Below, one piece after another: positions 50,676-60,077 of a stretch of 64,000 bases of DNA. The stretch comes from Planctomycetota bacterium (GTDB lineage Bacteria > Planctomycetota > UBA8108 > SXIK01), in NCBI GenBank assembly GCA_965223265.1, contig OZ244999.1, positions 6,624,001 to 6,688,000 on the forward strand, written 5' to 3'. The position numbers and the translations under genes are program-made. The notes beneath the pieces are model-generated. The model saw only the letters and a program-made list of their open reading frames with translations, made no database searches and was not told the origin of the DNA. Numbering within the stretch: position 1 is the first letter of the stretch; every line of letters begins with the position of its first letter.

Positions 50676-51320
50676 TCACCTGAGCGGTCCGTCCATAGCG
50701 TCAGCGGGGAGCCGGTGAACAAGTGACTTCCGAGCGCGGCGAACTCGCACAACACCGAGGACAACGCCGACGAAGAGTCCAGTGTAGAGCCCCGTGTGAA
50801 TGCCCCAGGCAACGACGAAGGCGTTGGCTTGATCCCGTCCCACGGGCACCTCGATCAGCGGAGCAACCGAACCCGCAGCGCCCAGAGACAGCGAGGTGCC
50901 TGCTACCAACCCGCCAATCGCCGCCGACGCCAGTGGAATGAACGCAAGACGCGAGAGCATTTGATAGGGAATCGCGGGAAGTCCTTTGCACGGGTTGTTG
51001 GCGACGAGACAACACATCGCGGCAACAGCACCTGCGAGGAAGCCGGCGTGTGCTCCGAGCAGTAGAACCCGTGACGCAAAGCCGTCACCATCTTGCACGC
51101 CTTTGCCGATCGTAAAGTACTCCGGCGAAATCCGTGGAGTCACCGCATCCGTTGACATGCCGATGATCGCGCCGAGTGTTGCACAGACGACGAGGAACAC
51201 GTACTCCCGCCATCGAGTCGCCTTTTTCCCGTTTCGCAGAAAGTCGAAAGCACCCAGGACGAAGAGGACTACGAGCAGGATGAGAAGGCGGTAGACGAAG
51301 GGGATGCCATAGAACTCCAT
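50676..51320 (-). CDS. Hypothetical multi-pass membrane protein
   Basis: About five hydrophobic helices; RISPEYFTIGKG. Confidence 0.75.
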   Translation of the reverse strand: MEFYGIPFVYRLLILLVVLFVLGAFDFLRNGKKATRWREYVFLVVCATLGAIIGMSTDAVTPRISPEYFTIGKGVQDGDGFASRVLLLGAHAGFLAGAVAAMCCLVANNPCKGLPAIPYQMLSRLAFIPLASAAIGGLVAGTSLSLGAAGSVAPLIEVPVGRDQANAFVVAWGIHTGLYTGLFVGVVLGVVRVRRARKSLVHRLPADAMDGPLR

Positions 51321-51472
51321 GTGGGTATCGTAGTTCGCTGGAGCACGGAGTGCACAGGAGAGCGAAACTGAAGTGCACCAGATGTGGTCCCTCGCTTCGC
51401 CTTCGCCGTTGTACTCCTCGCCCTAAACCCTTACCATTCCCGCCGGAAGCCAGATGAAGGCTGTGAACCGAG

Positions 51473-51541
51473 CGGGACTTCAAATCCTTGGTGCCGCGCG
51501 AGGTGGGTTCGATTCCCATGCACTCCCGCCAGTTTTTTCTC
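51473..51541 (+). repeat. attR-like partial copy of tRNA-Sec
   Basis: Identical to 45929-46008 except for an 11-nt deletion (AACAACGCGGT) in the variable arm. Confidence 0.9.
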
Positions 51542-51861
51542 TCGGGTGATCGGACTGTAAGCATCACAGGTCGCGGGATTTGTTCCCCGTCGGCCCACCA
51601 GGTGGCGGTTCACGGTTGAGACACAGCTGGACTCGGTTTCTCCGTTGTCGAGGTTTTCACACCTCGATGTGGTCCCTCCGCAGGAAGAGTCGTGGCGAAG
51701 CCGCACAGTATCGTGGCGATCGACGCGATCGATCGAAACTACCCGATCGACCCGCCACAACCGAGCTCAACGATCTACTCCATCGCGTGAGATTGAAGAT
51801 GACACAGCCATACATGCCACCACGAGTCGAGACGCGGCTGAAGTAGGGAGGCGTATGCTCC

Positions 51862-52539
51862 ATGTCCGAGTCGAAAACGAATCTCAGCTACGACGAGTGG
51901 TTGGACTACTGTTTCGACCGCCCGGTGACCAACCCGCAGTGGTACTACAGCACGGACCCTGAACTCGACTGGTACGAACCCGACCCCACGGAAATCACGA
52001 AGTTCATGTCTCGACTCTTCGCCAATGCGGGCGACCTCGTCGAGCGCTACACATTGGAACAGGTGAACGAGGGCCTGTATTTCATTTGCAGTCATGGGTC
52101 AGAGTACTTCCTTACGGCGCGAGAGTGCCAAGACAAGGAGCTGCAAGCGGAGTGGGTGCTGTCGATCCTGCTCCTCTATCGGGATCTCTTCTCTAGAGTT
52201 TGCACCGACCACTTCGGGCACCTTGACGCGGGTCCCGAGAAGCCGAGTCCGCTCAACGCTACGTGCTACATGTTCTGGGATCTTGACTGCCTCGAAGGGG
52301 CGGCGATGTTCCCCGGAGAGGAACACCTCGTCGATCCGATCTTCGAGGTGTTGGAAGGCGCCTTGCGCCTGCGTTCCGTTGCATGCCGAGAGAGCGCCTT
52401 GCACGGACTGGGACACCTCCAGACGTTTCACAAGAAACGCGTGCGACGGATCATCGGTGATTTCCTGAACGGAAACCGCAACCTTCCGCCGGAGTTAACG
52501 GACTACGCTCTAAGCGCCCGGAGTGGATGCGTACAGTGA
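51862..52539 (+). CDS. Hypothetical protein
   Basis: 225-aa ORF; CYMFWD and ESALHGLGH motifs look conserved; purine-rich RBS upstream. Confidence 0.75.
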   Translation: MSESKTNLSYDEWLDYCFDRPVTNPQWYYSTDPELDWYEPDPTEITKFMSRLFANAGDLVERYTLEQVNEGLYFICSHGSEYFLTARECQDKELQAEWVLSILLLYRDLFSRVCTDHFGHLDAGPEKPSPLNATCYMFWDLDCLEGAAMFPGEEHLVDPIFEVLEGALRLRSVACRESALHGLGHLQTFHKKRVRRIIGDFLNGNRNLPPELTDYALSARSGCVQ

Positions 52540-52630
52540 CGAGCCGTTCAGCTCTCTGGTTCGGCTGCGAATCCATGGCCGAAATCGGCGACCAAGCTCA
52601 GCGCACGCGACCTCTTTCGGCAACGCAAAC

Positions 52631-54589
52631 ATGATCACAAGAGCAACCGAAGCCCAGATCTCGGAGTTCGCACAGACGCAGCGCCGCCTGATTCAACTCG
52701 AGCGCGAAGCAGAGATTCACGAGACGAGCGAACTGCAGGGCTCACTTTCGGCCCAGGAGCTCCAGCGCCGCGGGCTTTGCTTGTTACAACTCAACGTGAC
52801 GGGCGATCGCGTTGGACTCGGTGGTCATTCGTTGATCGATCTCGCACCGACGACGGGAATGCTGGTCCACCATCGCATTGGCGTGGGCGACATCGTCACG
52901 ATTCGCCCCCAACGCGCCAGACCCAATGAAACACCGAAACGCTCCTCGTCGATTCGTCGCCCAAAAGCATCCCCGTCGTCGGGGGCACTCACTGGGGTCG
53001 TGTCTCGGGTCACTGAATCTGGTCTCACTGTTGCCATCGATGAGTGGCCAGATCACCTGCCAGAAGCGCCACTGCGCCTCGACCGGGTGGCGAACGAAGT
53101 CACGTTTCGCCGGCTCGAGGAAGTCCTTGATCGTCTCGAACGTTACCGAGGTGGTCCGGCAGACCGACTCCTTGAAATCGCTTTCGGCGCCCAGCCCCCT
53201 GACCAGAACGACGCCGTGCAGACAGACGAGCTTGAAGGGTGTCTCGACACGGCGCAGCGCGACGCCGTACGATTCGCGATGTCGTCCGGGGACATCGCCT
53301 TGATCCACGGCCCTCCAGGAACAGGCAAAACCACGACACTGGTTGAGCTCATTCACCAGATGGTGGCCAGCGGACAAAGTGTGCTCGCCACGGCACCGTC
53401 GAATATCGCCGTTGACAACCTCGTAGAGCGTCTCAGCGATCGCGGTCTGGCCGTCGTTCGTATAGGACACCCCGCGCGCCTACTGCCAAGTGTCACCAGC
53501 CGCTCGCTTGCCGAGCTCGTTGAAAAATCGGACGGCATGAAGATTGCGGCTGACGTGCGTCGAGAGATCGATCAAGCATACCGGGATCTCCGGCGCGTGC
53601 GATATGGTCGCGAACGCGGTCGGATAAGACAGGAGATCCGACGACTGCGCGAGGAAGTACGCGAACTCGAGAAATTCGCTGTGCGCCAGGTCGTGACATC
53701 CGCCGACGTCGTCCTAAGTACGACGATCGGGGCCGCGGACCGTTCCGTCGCTGGCATCGACTTCGATCTCGTCGTGATCGACGAAGCCGCGCAATCTCTC
53801 GAAGTCGCGGCGTGGATTCCGCTCCTGAAGGGCCGACGAGCTGTTCTGTGTGGCGATCATCAACAACTGCCGCCGACGATTCGCTCGCAAGAGGCAGCGA
53901 CACGGGGGTTTTCGACGACGCTCTTCGAGCGCCTTCACGAACAACATGGTAGCGCGATCACACGAATGCTGACGAGGCAGTACCGCATGCATCAACGCAT
54001 CATGAACTGGTCGTCGGTCGAGCTCTATGGAGGTCGCGTTGAAGCCGACGAAACCGTACGAGAGCATCTCCTGATGCATCTTCCGGACTGCGCTCAGACG
54101 TTTGAGCTGCAGACCCCCGTTCTGCTGATCGATACGGCAGGGTGCGACCTCGAGGAAGAAACGGTCGAGCACACAAGCTCGAGGTCAAACCGAGGCGAAA
54201 CCGATATCGTTACGGCACACGTGCAACGACTGATCGAAGCTGGCGTTCCGGCGCACAACATCGCTGTGATCACCCCCTATAACGCGCAGGTGGCCCAGCT
54301 ACGAAATGCTCTACGTCCAAAGTGGCCGGAGCTCGAAATCGGCAGCGTCGATGGATTCCAAGGTCGAGAGAAGGAAGCTATCGTCCTTTCACTGGTGCGC
54401 TCGAATCGCACCGGTGACGTTGGATTTCTATCAGATGAGCGCCGCATGAATGTTGCTGTCACGCGCGCCCGGCGACACGTTGCGATCATCGGCGACAGCG
54501 CCACCGTCTCCAGTCACCCGTTTCTCTGTCGGCTGGTGGAGTATTGCCAAGCCCACGGAGAGTACCGAAGCGCGTGGGAATACCGATAG
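52631..54589 (+). CDS. Superfamily 1 helicase, IGHMBP2/Upf1-like
   Basis: HGPPGTGKTT, APSNIAVDNL, IDEAAQ, GDHQQLPP, QYRM, ITPYNAQV, DGFQGREK, RRMNVAVTRAR. Confidence 0.93.
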   Translation: MITRATEAQISEFAQTQRRLIQLEREAEIHETSELQGSLSAQELQRRGLCLLQLNVTGDRVGLGGHSLIDLAPTTGMLVHHRIGVGDIVTIRPQRARPNETPKRSSSIRRPKASPSSGALTGVVSRVTESGLTVAIDEWPDHLPEAPLRLDRVANEVTFRRLEEVLDRLERYRGGPADRLLEIAFGAQPPDQNDAVQTDELEGCLDTAQRDAVRFAMSSGDIALIHGPPGTGKTTTLVELIHQMVASGQSVLATAPSNIAVDNLVERLSDRGLAVVRIGHPARLLPSVTSRSLAELVEKSDGMKIAADVRREIDQAYRDLRRVRYGRERGRIRQEIRRLREEVRELEKFAVRQVVTSADVVLSTTIGAADRSVAGIDFDLVVIDEAAQSLEVAAWIPLLKGRRAVLCGDHQQLPPTIRSQEAATRGFSTTLFERLHEQHGSAITRMLTRQYRMHQRIMNWSSVELYGGRVEADETVREHLLMHLPDCAQTFELQTPVLLIDTAGCDLEEETVEHTSSRSNRGETDIVTAHVQRLIEAGVPAHNIAVITPYNAQVAQLRNALRPKWPELEIGSVDGFQGREKEAIVLSLVRSNRTGDVGFLSDERRMNVAVTRARRHVAIIGDSATVSSHPFLCRLVEYCQAHGEYRSAWEYR

Positions 54590-54677
54590 CGGGACGCTCT
54601 CGCCTCGGTCGTGTCGCGGACGGCAACGCTGCCGCAGCACCGTCAACTGCGCCGGAAAGTATTGCGGCATGACCCTT

Positions 54678-54702
54678 AAAGTGGTACATATCGTACCTCT
54701 TT
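54678..54702. promoter_or_regulatory. Inverted repeat, putative Rrf2/NsrR operator
   Basis: AAAGTGGTAC-ATATC-GTACCTCTTT (9/10 symmetric), 36 bp upstream of the heme protein start. Confidence 0.6.
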
Positions 54703-54738
54703 TGTCCTTTGCCCTCAACAGACAGCCAGGAAACAAGT

Positions 54739-55287
54739 ATGGAAAGTTTCACGATCAAAAATCGGAACCGCCTCGCGTGGTGTGGCGTCCTCGTCGCCAG
54801 CGTAGCGGTCAGCTTCCTTTGCATCGTCGTGGCCGAAAGTAACGCGGGAGGTGACGGGGCCGCGGTCGAGCGCACTCGAAAACAGGTGCGGATGCTCGAC
54901 GATCTCTACAAGAACGTCGTCGTTCTCATCACAGACAAATACGTCGAAGATAAGACAGACTTCGCTGCCGGTAGCGCCGCGGTGCAACTGTTCAAGGCTA
55001 TGAAGAAGAAGGGATGGCACGAGGTCAGGCTTCTCGACGCTACAGGACGCCCACGACGCTCAAAGAACGCCCCGCAGGACGACTTCGAACGCAAGGCGGT
55101 CGCCGCCATGAATCGAGGTGAGTCCTACATCGACTCAGTCGTCGACATCGACGGCGTGAAACACCTGCGGGCCGCGACACCCGTCCCCGTCGTTAGCGAA
55201 AAGTGCATCATGTGCCACTCCCACTACGCCGACGCCAAGGAAGGTGCGGCAATCGGGGCGCTCAGCTACACGCTGAAGGTGGAGTGA
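54739..55287 (+). CDS. DUF3365-like exported c-type heme protein
   Basis: Signal/TM segment; NAPQDDFE; single CIMCH; GALSY. Confidence 0.85.
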   Translation: MESFTIKNRNRLAWCGVLVASVAVSFLCIVVAESNAGGDGAAVERTRKQVRMLDDLYKNVVVLITDKYVEDKTDFAAGSAAVQLFKAMKKKGWHEVRLLDATGRPRRSKNAPQDDFERKAVAAMNRGESYIDSVVDIDGVKHLRAATPVPVVSEKCIMCHSHYADAKEGAAIGALSYTLKVE

Positions 55288-55461
55288 TGATGCTCTGATT
55301 CGCGATGTTGAACCATGCCTTGAGAAGCGCTGCCGGGCAAGACTCGTCATCGCGCTCGAGCGTCGTCCTCAAGTCGGCGGTCAATACTGGTCGGTTGGAG
55401 ATGGTCGAACCGGAGACGCAGTGATACATTTGGCACCACGTCAATCGACTGGAGCGCCGCC

Positions 55462-55920
55462 ATGAAACTTCGCCTGCACACCGACTTCGCCCTCCGCGTC
55501 CTTCTTTATCTCGCGTACGCTCACCGCAAAGCGACCGTCGACGAAATCGCATCGGCGTACGGGATCTCGCGTGACCATCTCGTCAAAGTCGTGCAGCGGT
55601 TAGCAACGCATGGCTTCGTGAAGACACATCCCGGCCGCGGCGGCGGCGTCACGCTGGTGGGTGACGCGGAATCCATCAGCGTGCAGGAAGTCGTCGAACA
55701 GCTCGAGGGACGACACGGTGTGCTCGAGTGCGTCGAGACTCCCGAGGTTTGTCCGATGGAGCCTGGATGTCGTCTCCGCAAGCTCCTCATGCAAGCTGAG
55801 AAGGCGTTCTACGACACACTCGGCACTCAATCGCTGGCGGATCTAACAGGCCGCCGCTCACAAACCGGAGGTCTTCGGAACCTGGAAATTTCGCCAACGG
55901 CGCGTCAAGCAGAGCGTTGA
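55462..55920 (+). CDS. Rrf2-family transcriptional regulator, NsrR-like
   Basis: MKLRLHTDFALRVL, HLVKVVQRL, GRGGG, three Cys (ECVETPEVCPMEPGC). Confidence 0.9.
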   Translation: MKLRLHTDFALRVLLYLAYAHRKATVDEIASAYGISRDHLVKVVQRLATHGFVKTHPGRGGGVTLVGDAESISVQEVVEQLEGRHGVLECVETPEVCPMEPGCRLRKLLMQAEKAFYDTLGTQSLADLTGRRSQTGGLRNLEISPTARQAER

Positions 55921-56196
55921 AACGCGGCGCGTCTCCGGGCATTTGAGGAGCTAACTGCTGAGTCCCACAAACTCTGGCTCGTGAGCAGCGACGAGTCTCA
56001 GATTCACTGACCCGGAAACGCCCCGGCATACCCCGCCGAACCGACCGTCCGATCATACCCCGCCTACCCCGCGCCCCCCGTTCGACGCTGCGCCCTGGAC
56101 CTTCGCTCGACTCCTCGCCTCACCTCGAGTAAAGAGGGGAGCGGAGAGACCGGTGTTGGTGCACTTCTCTCCGCAAGTCCCCGTACGGAGAGAGCG

Positions 56197-56865
56197 ATGC
56201 TACCCCATTTGGTCAACGCGATACAGAGCTATGGCGAAGCTGTTCGCCGCCGTGAGATCCAGCCGACCTGTAACCGCTGCCCGAATTGCAGCGGGGAGCC
56301 AGATCGGTTCCGCTACCGCGGTCACCGAGAGCGCGTGTTCCTCGTTATCGTCAGGCGTCTGGTCGAACCTGTCCTGTCGCTTCTGAGTCGCTGGAAGTGT
56401 CCTCTGTGTAAGCGCTCCTTCACGCTCTACCCGCCCTTCGCGCTGCCGGGGAAACGCTACGTTCGCGACTGCGTTTTCGATCACGCTCGGCGCTACCTCC
56501 AGATCGACGAGCTTTCGTATCGCGAAGCCGTCAAGGTCGAACACATGCCCGTCTTCCACGAGGGTGACGACAGGGGAGCGATCGACGAGCGCAGCCTCGC
56601 GCACTCAACACTTCATCGTTGGCTTTCGTTCTTTCGCTCTCTCAACGCCACGCTCCTGGAGGCTCTCCGCCTCATCCGAGAGCGCTCGGCGAGGTCCGAC
56701 ATCTTCCGCAAGGTCTTCGCCGTCCGTCCAGCCAAGTACCGAAGCGAATCACGGCGGGACACTCTCGTCGCGGCACTTCGAGCTCTCTCGATCGACCAGG
56801 TGTTCCGTTCCCTCTTCGGCCGATCGATCTTCCCCGACTTGGCAACCTCCGCAGCCTGGGCGTGA
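56197..56865 (+). CDS. Transposon-associated zinc-ribbon/HTH protein (DUF6431-like)
   Basis: CPNC...RWKCPLCKRSFTLYPPFALPGKRY; HSTLHRW. Confidence 0.75.
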   Translation: MLPHLVNAIQSYGEAVRRREIQPTCNRCPNCSGEPDRFRYRGHRERVFLVIVRRLVEPVLSLLSRWKCPLCKRSFTLYPPFALPGKRYVRDCVFDHARRYLQIDELSYREAVKVEHMPVFHEGDDRGAIDERSLAHSTLHRWLSFFRSLNATLLEALRLIRERSARSDIFRKVFAVRPAKYRSESRRDTLVAALRALSIDQVFRSLFGRSIFPDLATSAAWA

Positions 56866-56905
56866 GCGAGAATCACGCCTCGCTCGCCCCATGCGAGGTG
56901 TGATC

Positions 56906-58468
56906 ATGAAAGCGAAAGATCTCGATTGGGCTATCTTCTGGGCGGCTCTTCTCCAGCCCGTCGTCATCGGCGAGGTGCCGGAGGAGGAAGCCGCGCGATT
57001 TCTCCGCGAGCTCGCCAAAGAAGAGCGCATCTTTCCCGACGGATCGCGACGCAAGCCGGCTCTTTCGACCCTGAGGCGGAAGCTTCGCATCTATCGCGAG
57101 GAGGGCTTCGAGGGTCTTGCCCGCAGGCCGCGAAGCGATCGCGGGAAACCGCGTGCCCACGGCAAAGAGCTCGTCGAGAAAGCCGTCGAGCTGAAGCGTG
57201 ATCAGCCACTGCGCTCCCACTTCGCCATCAACAAGTTCCTCCAGGCTCAGCACGGAAAGACCATTCCGCGTTCGACCCTCTTCCGCTACCTCAAGATCGC
57301 CGGCGCGACGCGGCTGAAGCTCGGTGTCGAGAGGAGGAAAGTCCGGAAACGCTGGACTCGTGACTCCACCCATGCCCTCTGGGTCGGCGACTTCGCCGAT
57401 GGACCCTACGTGCTGCACGACGGCGAAGTCGTCCCCACCTTCCTCTGTGTTCTCATCGACTGCTACAGCCGCTCGCTCGTCGAGGGGCGCTACTACCTTC
57501 GGCAAAATCTCGAGGTCTTGATCGACTGCTTGCTGCGGGCGTGGGCCAAGCACGGTGCTTCGGACGAGCTCTATGTCGATCAGGCGAAGGTCTATATCTC
57601 CAAAGCGCTCAAGGCGGCATGCCTTGCCGTTGTCACCCGGCTCATCCATCGCGGCAAGGGCGATCCGCCACCGGGTGGTCTCGTCGAACGACTCATCGAG
57701 ACGATACAGGGCCAGTTCGAGGCCGAGGTCAGAGCCGGCGAGATCCTCACTCTCGACTCGCTCAACGGAAGCTTCGATTCCTGGAAGACCGTGGCCTACC
57801 ACCGCCAGGTCAACACCGAGACCGGCGAAACACCCGAGGCACGAGCCGAGGCCGGCCTCAAACGGCCTATCCGACACGTCGACATTCAGCGCGTCACCGA
57901 GTTCTTCATGTGCCGCGAGACGCGGCGCGTTCACCCGGACTTCTCCGACGTCCAGCTCGATCGCCGCTTCTATCGCGTCGACAAGAGTCTGCGCGGTGAC
58001 AAGGTCGAAGTCCGCTACGATCCCTTCTCCGCGCCCGACACGGTTCTCATCTACTCCAGCAACGAAGAGTACCTCGGAAAGGGCGTCCTTCACGAGCGCG
58101 AAGAGGGCGAGGACGCCGGTGCTCCCGCCCCTCCCGCCAAAGCGAAGCACAACTATCTGGAGCTTCTTCGCCGTGAGCACGACGAGGAGCTCAAGAAGCG
58201 CGCCCAGGGGATCGACTACCGTCGTGTCATCGCCTCTCGCCAGTGGCCCTTCACCGACTTCGCATGCCTTCTCGGCCGGCTCATGGGGCGCAAGGGCGCC
58301 CTCTCGAGCTTCACCGCCGAGGAGCTCGAGGAACTCAAGAAGTTCTACAACCGTACTCCCAGCCTCACCGAAGTCCTCTTGCTGAGGGCCTTCGAGAAGG
58401 CTCCGGAGAAATCCATTCCCTACATCGCCTACGAGCTTCAACGACTCGCAGGCAGAAAGGAGGACTGA
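56906..58468 (+). CDS. DDE integrase/transposase (rve core plus Mu-type C-terminal domain)
   Basis: N-terminal HTHs (STLRRK, RSDRG), WVGD, IDCYSR, LYVDQA, GLVERLI, VEVRYDP; GAGGTG RBS before ATG at 56906. Confidence 0.9.
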   Translation: MKAKDLDWAIFWAALLQPVVIGEVPEEEAARFLRELAKEERIFPDGSRRKPALSTLRRKLRIYREEGFEGLARRPRSDRGKPRAHGKELVEKAVELKRDQPLRSHFAINKFLQAQHGKTIPRSTLFRYLKIAGATRLKLGVERRKVRKRWTRDSTHALWVGDFADGPYVLHDGEVVPTFLCVLIDCYSRSLVEGRYYLRQNLEVLIDCLLRAWAKHGASDELYVDQAKVYISKALKAACLAVVTRLIHRGKGDPPPGGLVERLIETIQGQFEAEVRAGEILTLDSLNGSFDSWKTVAYHRQVNTETGETPEARAEAGLKRPIRHVDIQRVTEFFMCRETRRVHPDFSDVQLDRRFYRVDKSLRGDKVEVRYDPFSAPDTVLIYSSNEEYLGKGVLHEREEGEDAGAPAPPAKAKHNYLELLRREHDEELKKRAQGIDYRRVIASRQWPFTDFACLLGRLMGRKGALSSFTAEELEELKKFYNRTPSLTEVLLLRAFEKAPEKSIPYIAYELQRLAGRKED

Positions 58469-59259
58469 TGTTCACCACCCATTTCAAGATGACGACGCAG
58501 CCCTTTCTCGAGCGCGCGCCCGTCGAGCAGATTCTTTCCGACGAGCGCATCACCCAGGGACTCGCTCGACTGGAGTACCTCGCCAAGTCGGGCTCGATCG
58601 GCCTGGTGACCGGACTCACCGGGGTGGGGAAGTCGTCTCTGGTGAAGCTCTTCGTGCGCTCGCTGAGCCGCAACCTCTACGACCCGATCTATCTCTCGCT
58701 GACCTACGTCGGGGCAAACGGCATTCTGAAGCTCCTGGTTTCCAGCCTCGGCGAGCAGCCCCGCCGTGGCAAGGAGCGGCTCTTCCTCCAGATCCTGGAT
58801 CGCGTCGGGGCGAACGAGCACACGACAATCCTCGTCATCGATGAAGCGCACCTGCTTCCTTCGGAGTCGCTCACCGATCTGAGACTTCTGGTCAGCTCCG
58901 GACTCGAGGACGGCCCGCCATTGAAGATCCTCCTCAGCGGACAAGAGACCCTGAGAAAGGAGCTTACCCGAGCGCGCCACGCCGATCTCACGCATCGGCT
59001 CAGCGTGCGCTACCACGTGCCGCCGCTCAGCAAGGAGCAGACGGTCGAGTACATCGACTTTCAGATGCGCGCAGCCGGCGCCTCGCAGAAAGTCTTCGAG
59101 CCTGAAGCGAAGTCGCTCATCCACGACTACTCAAGCGGCGTGCCGCGGCGCATCAACAACATCGCCACCGCCTGCCTCATTCAGGCCGCGAGCAAGAACG
59201 TCCAGAAGATCTCCGAGGCGCTCGTCAACGACACCGCCCCCGAGTTCCATCTGCCCTGA
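58468..59259 (+). CDS. ExeA/TnsC-like AAA+ ATPase
   Basis: GLTGVGKS, LVIDEAH, LLSGQ, SGVPRRIN; TGATG coupling with GGAGG RBS. Confidence 0.9.
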   Translation: MFTTHFKMTTQPFLERAPVEQILSDERITQGLARLEYLAKSGSIGLVTGLTGVGKSSLVKLFVRSLSRNLYDPIYLSLTYVGANGILKLLVSSLGEQPRRGKERLFLQILDRVGANEHTTILVIDEAHLLPSESLTDLRLLVSSGLEDGPPLKILLSGQETLRKELTRARHADLTHRLSVRYHVPPLSKEQTVEYIDFQMRAAGASQKVFEPEAKSLIHDYSSGVPRRINNIATACLIQAASKNVQKISEALVNDTAPEFHLP

Positions 59260-59278
59260 GAACGGAGACTGACGCGCC

Positions 59279-59572
59279 ATGTTCCACAAGACCCTGATGC
59301 CTCGAGTCAACGACTTCGCCGAGTATCCTGAGCTCGCCGTTTTGATGACCCTCGCGACGAACCTCGAGATCGCCCTGTTCGCTCTGAACGCCGCGTACCC
59401 CGATCTCGACTTCGACTACACGCAACGCTCCTCCTACACCGAGCAAGACGCCTATCTCGCCGCCTTGGGCGCTCAGCTGCGAGCGCTCCAGATCGTCCTC
59501 GAAGAGTATCTCGAGAGCCTGCAACGAATCCGATATTTGAAGGCGCCGAGCGGTGGAGGTGGCGTCGCATGA
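59279..59572 (+). CDS. Small helical hypothetical protein inside the transposon
   Basis: GGAGA RBS; ATGA overlap with the next gene. Confidence 0.7.
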   Translation: MFHKTLMPRVNDFAEYPELAVLMTLATNLEIALFALNAAYPDLDFDYTQRSSYTEQDAYLAALGAQLRALQIVLEEYLESLQRIRYLKAPSGGGGVA

Positions 59573-59886
59573 CAGGACGATTCTCCGGCAAGCTCCTGCG
59601 GTCGTTGAGAAACGATATACCGATCGCGTGGCTCCTCGATCTGCTCGGCGTCCCCGCGAAAATCTCCGAGGGCTACGTGCGCTTCCTCTGTCCGCGGTGT
59701 CGCGAATTCAACACCGCGACGAAGGCGTCCACCAACCTCGCGCGTTGCTTTCGCTGCGAGACGAACTTCAACCCGATCGACCTGGTCATGATCGTCAAGC
59801 GGCTGAATTTCGTCGACGCCGTCGAGTTCCTCGCCGAGCTCCGCGATCGTCGCGGTGACGCTCGCGCCACGCCTCGCCCTTCGTGA
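59569..59886 (+). CDS. CHC2/DnaG-type zinc-finger domain protein
   Basis: FLCPRC...ARCFRCETNFNPIDLV...FVDAVEFL; GGAGG RBS. Confidence 0.8.
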   Translation: MTGRFSGKLLRSLRNDIPIAWLLDLLGVPAKISEGYVRFLCPRCREFNTATKASTNLARCFRCETNFNPIDLVMIVKRLNFVDAVEFLAELRDRRGDARATPRPS

Positions 59887-59891
59887 TTCCC

Positions 59892-59925
59892 CGGGTCGTC
59901 GTGCCGTCCGGGACACGACGACCCG
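59892..59925. terminator. Perfect 12-bp hairpin after the last transposon gene
   Basis: CGGGTCGTCGTG-N10-CACGACGACCCG; no clear U-tract. Confidence 0.5.
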
Positions 59926-60077
59926 CGCCTTCTCGCCTCGCAAATCGCATCTCGCACCCGCGAATCAGCACCATGCCATTTAATCTGGGATTTCCGCGCC
60001 AGATACTGTGGGACTTAGCAGCTAACTAAGCCAGCCATTTCGTCTTGCCGCGAGGCGTTCTCGCCGTCATTTTTTTA

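Larger units (their letters stand above)
45929..51541. mobile_element. Degenerate genomic island integrated at selC (no integrase seen)
   Basis: Direct repeat of the selC 3' part: 45929-46008 versus 51473-51541. Confidence 0.75.
55956..60020 (+). mobile_element. Complete five-gene transposon (4065 bp) with DDE transposase and ExeA-like ATPase
   Basis: Ends TGCTGAGTCCCACA / TGTGGGACTTAGCA (13/14); 6-bp TSD GCTAAC at 55950-55955 and 60021-60026. Confidence 0.92.

Noticed and set aside
51445-51532. Second tRNA-Sec gene
   Set aside because: The upstream 28 nt match selC at only about 10 positions and cannot form the acceptor or D stems, and the variable arm is deleted; treated as an att remnant
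51700-51780. Clustered GATCGA motifs after the att site
   Set aside because: Short, irregularly spaced and common throughout this sequence; no support for iterons or an array
56873-58441. 522-aa minus-strand ORF
   Set aside because: Antisense shadow of the transposase, typical of high-GC codon usage
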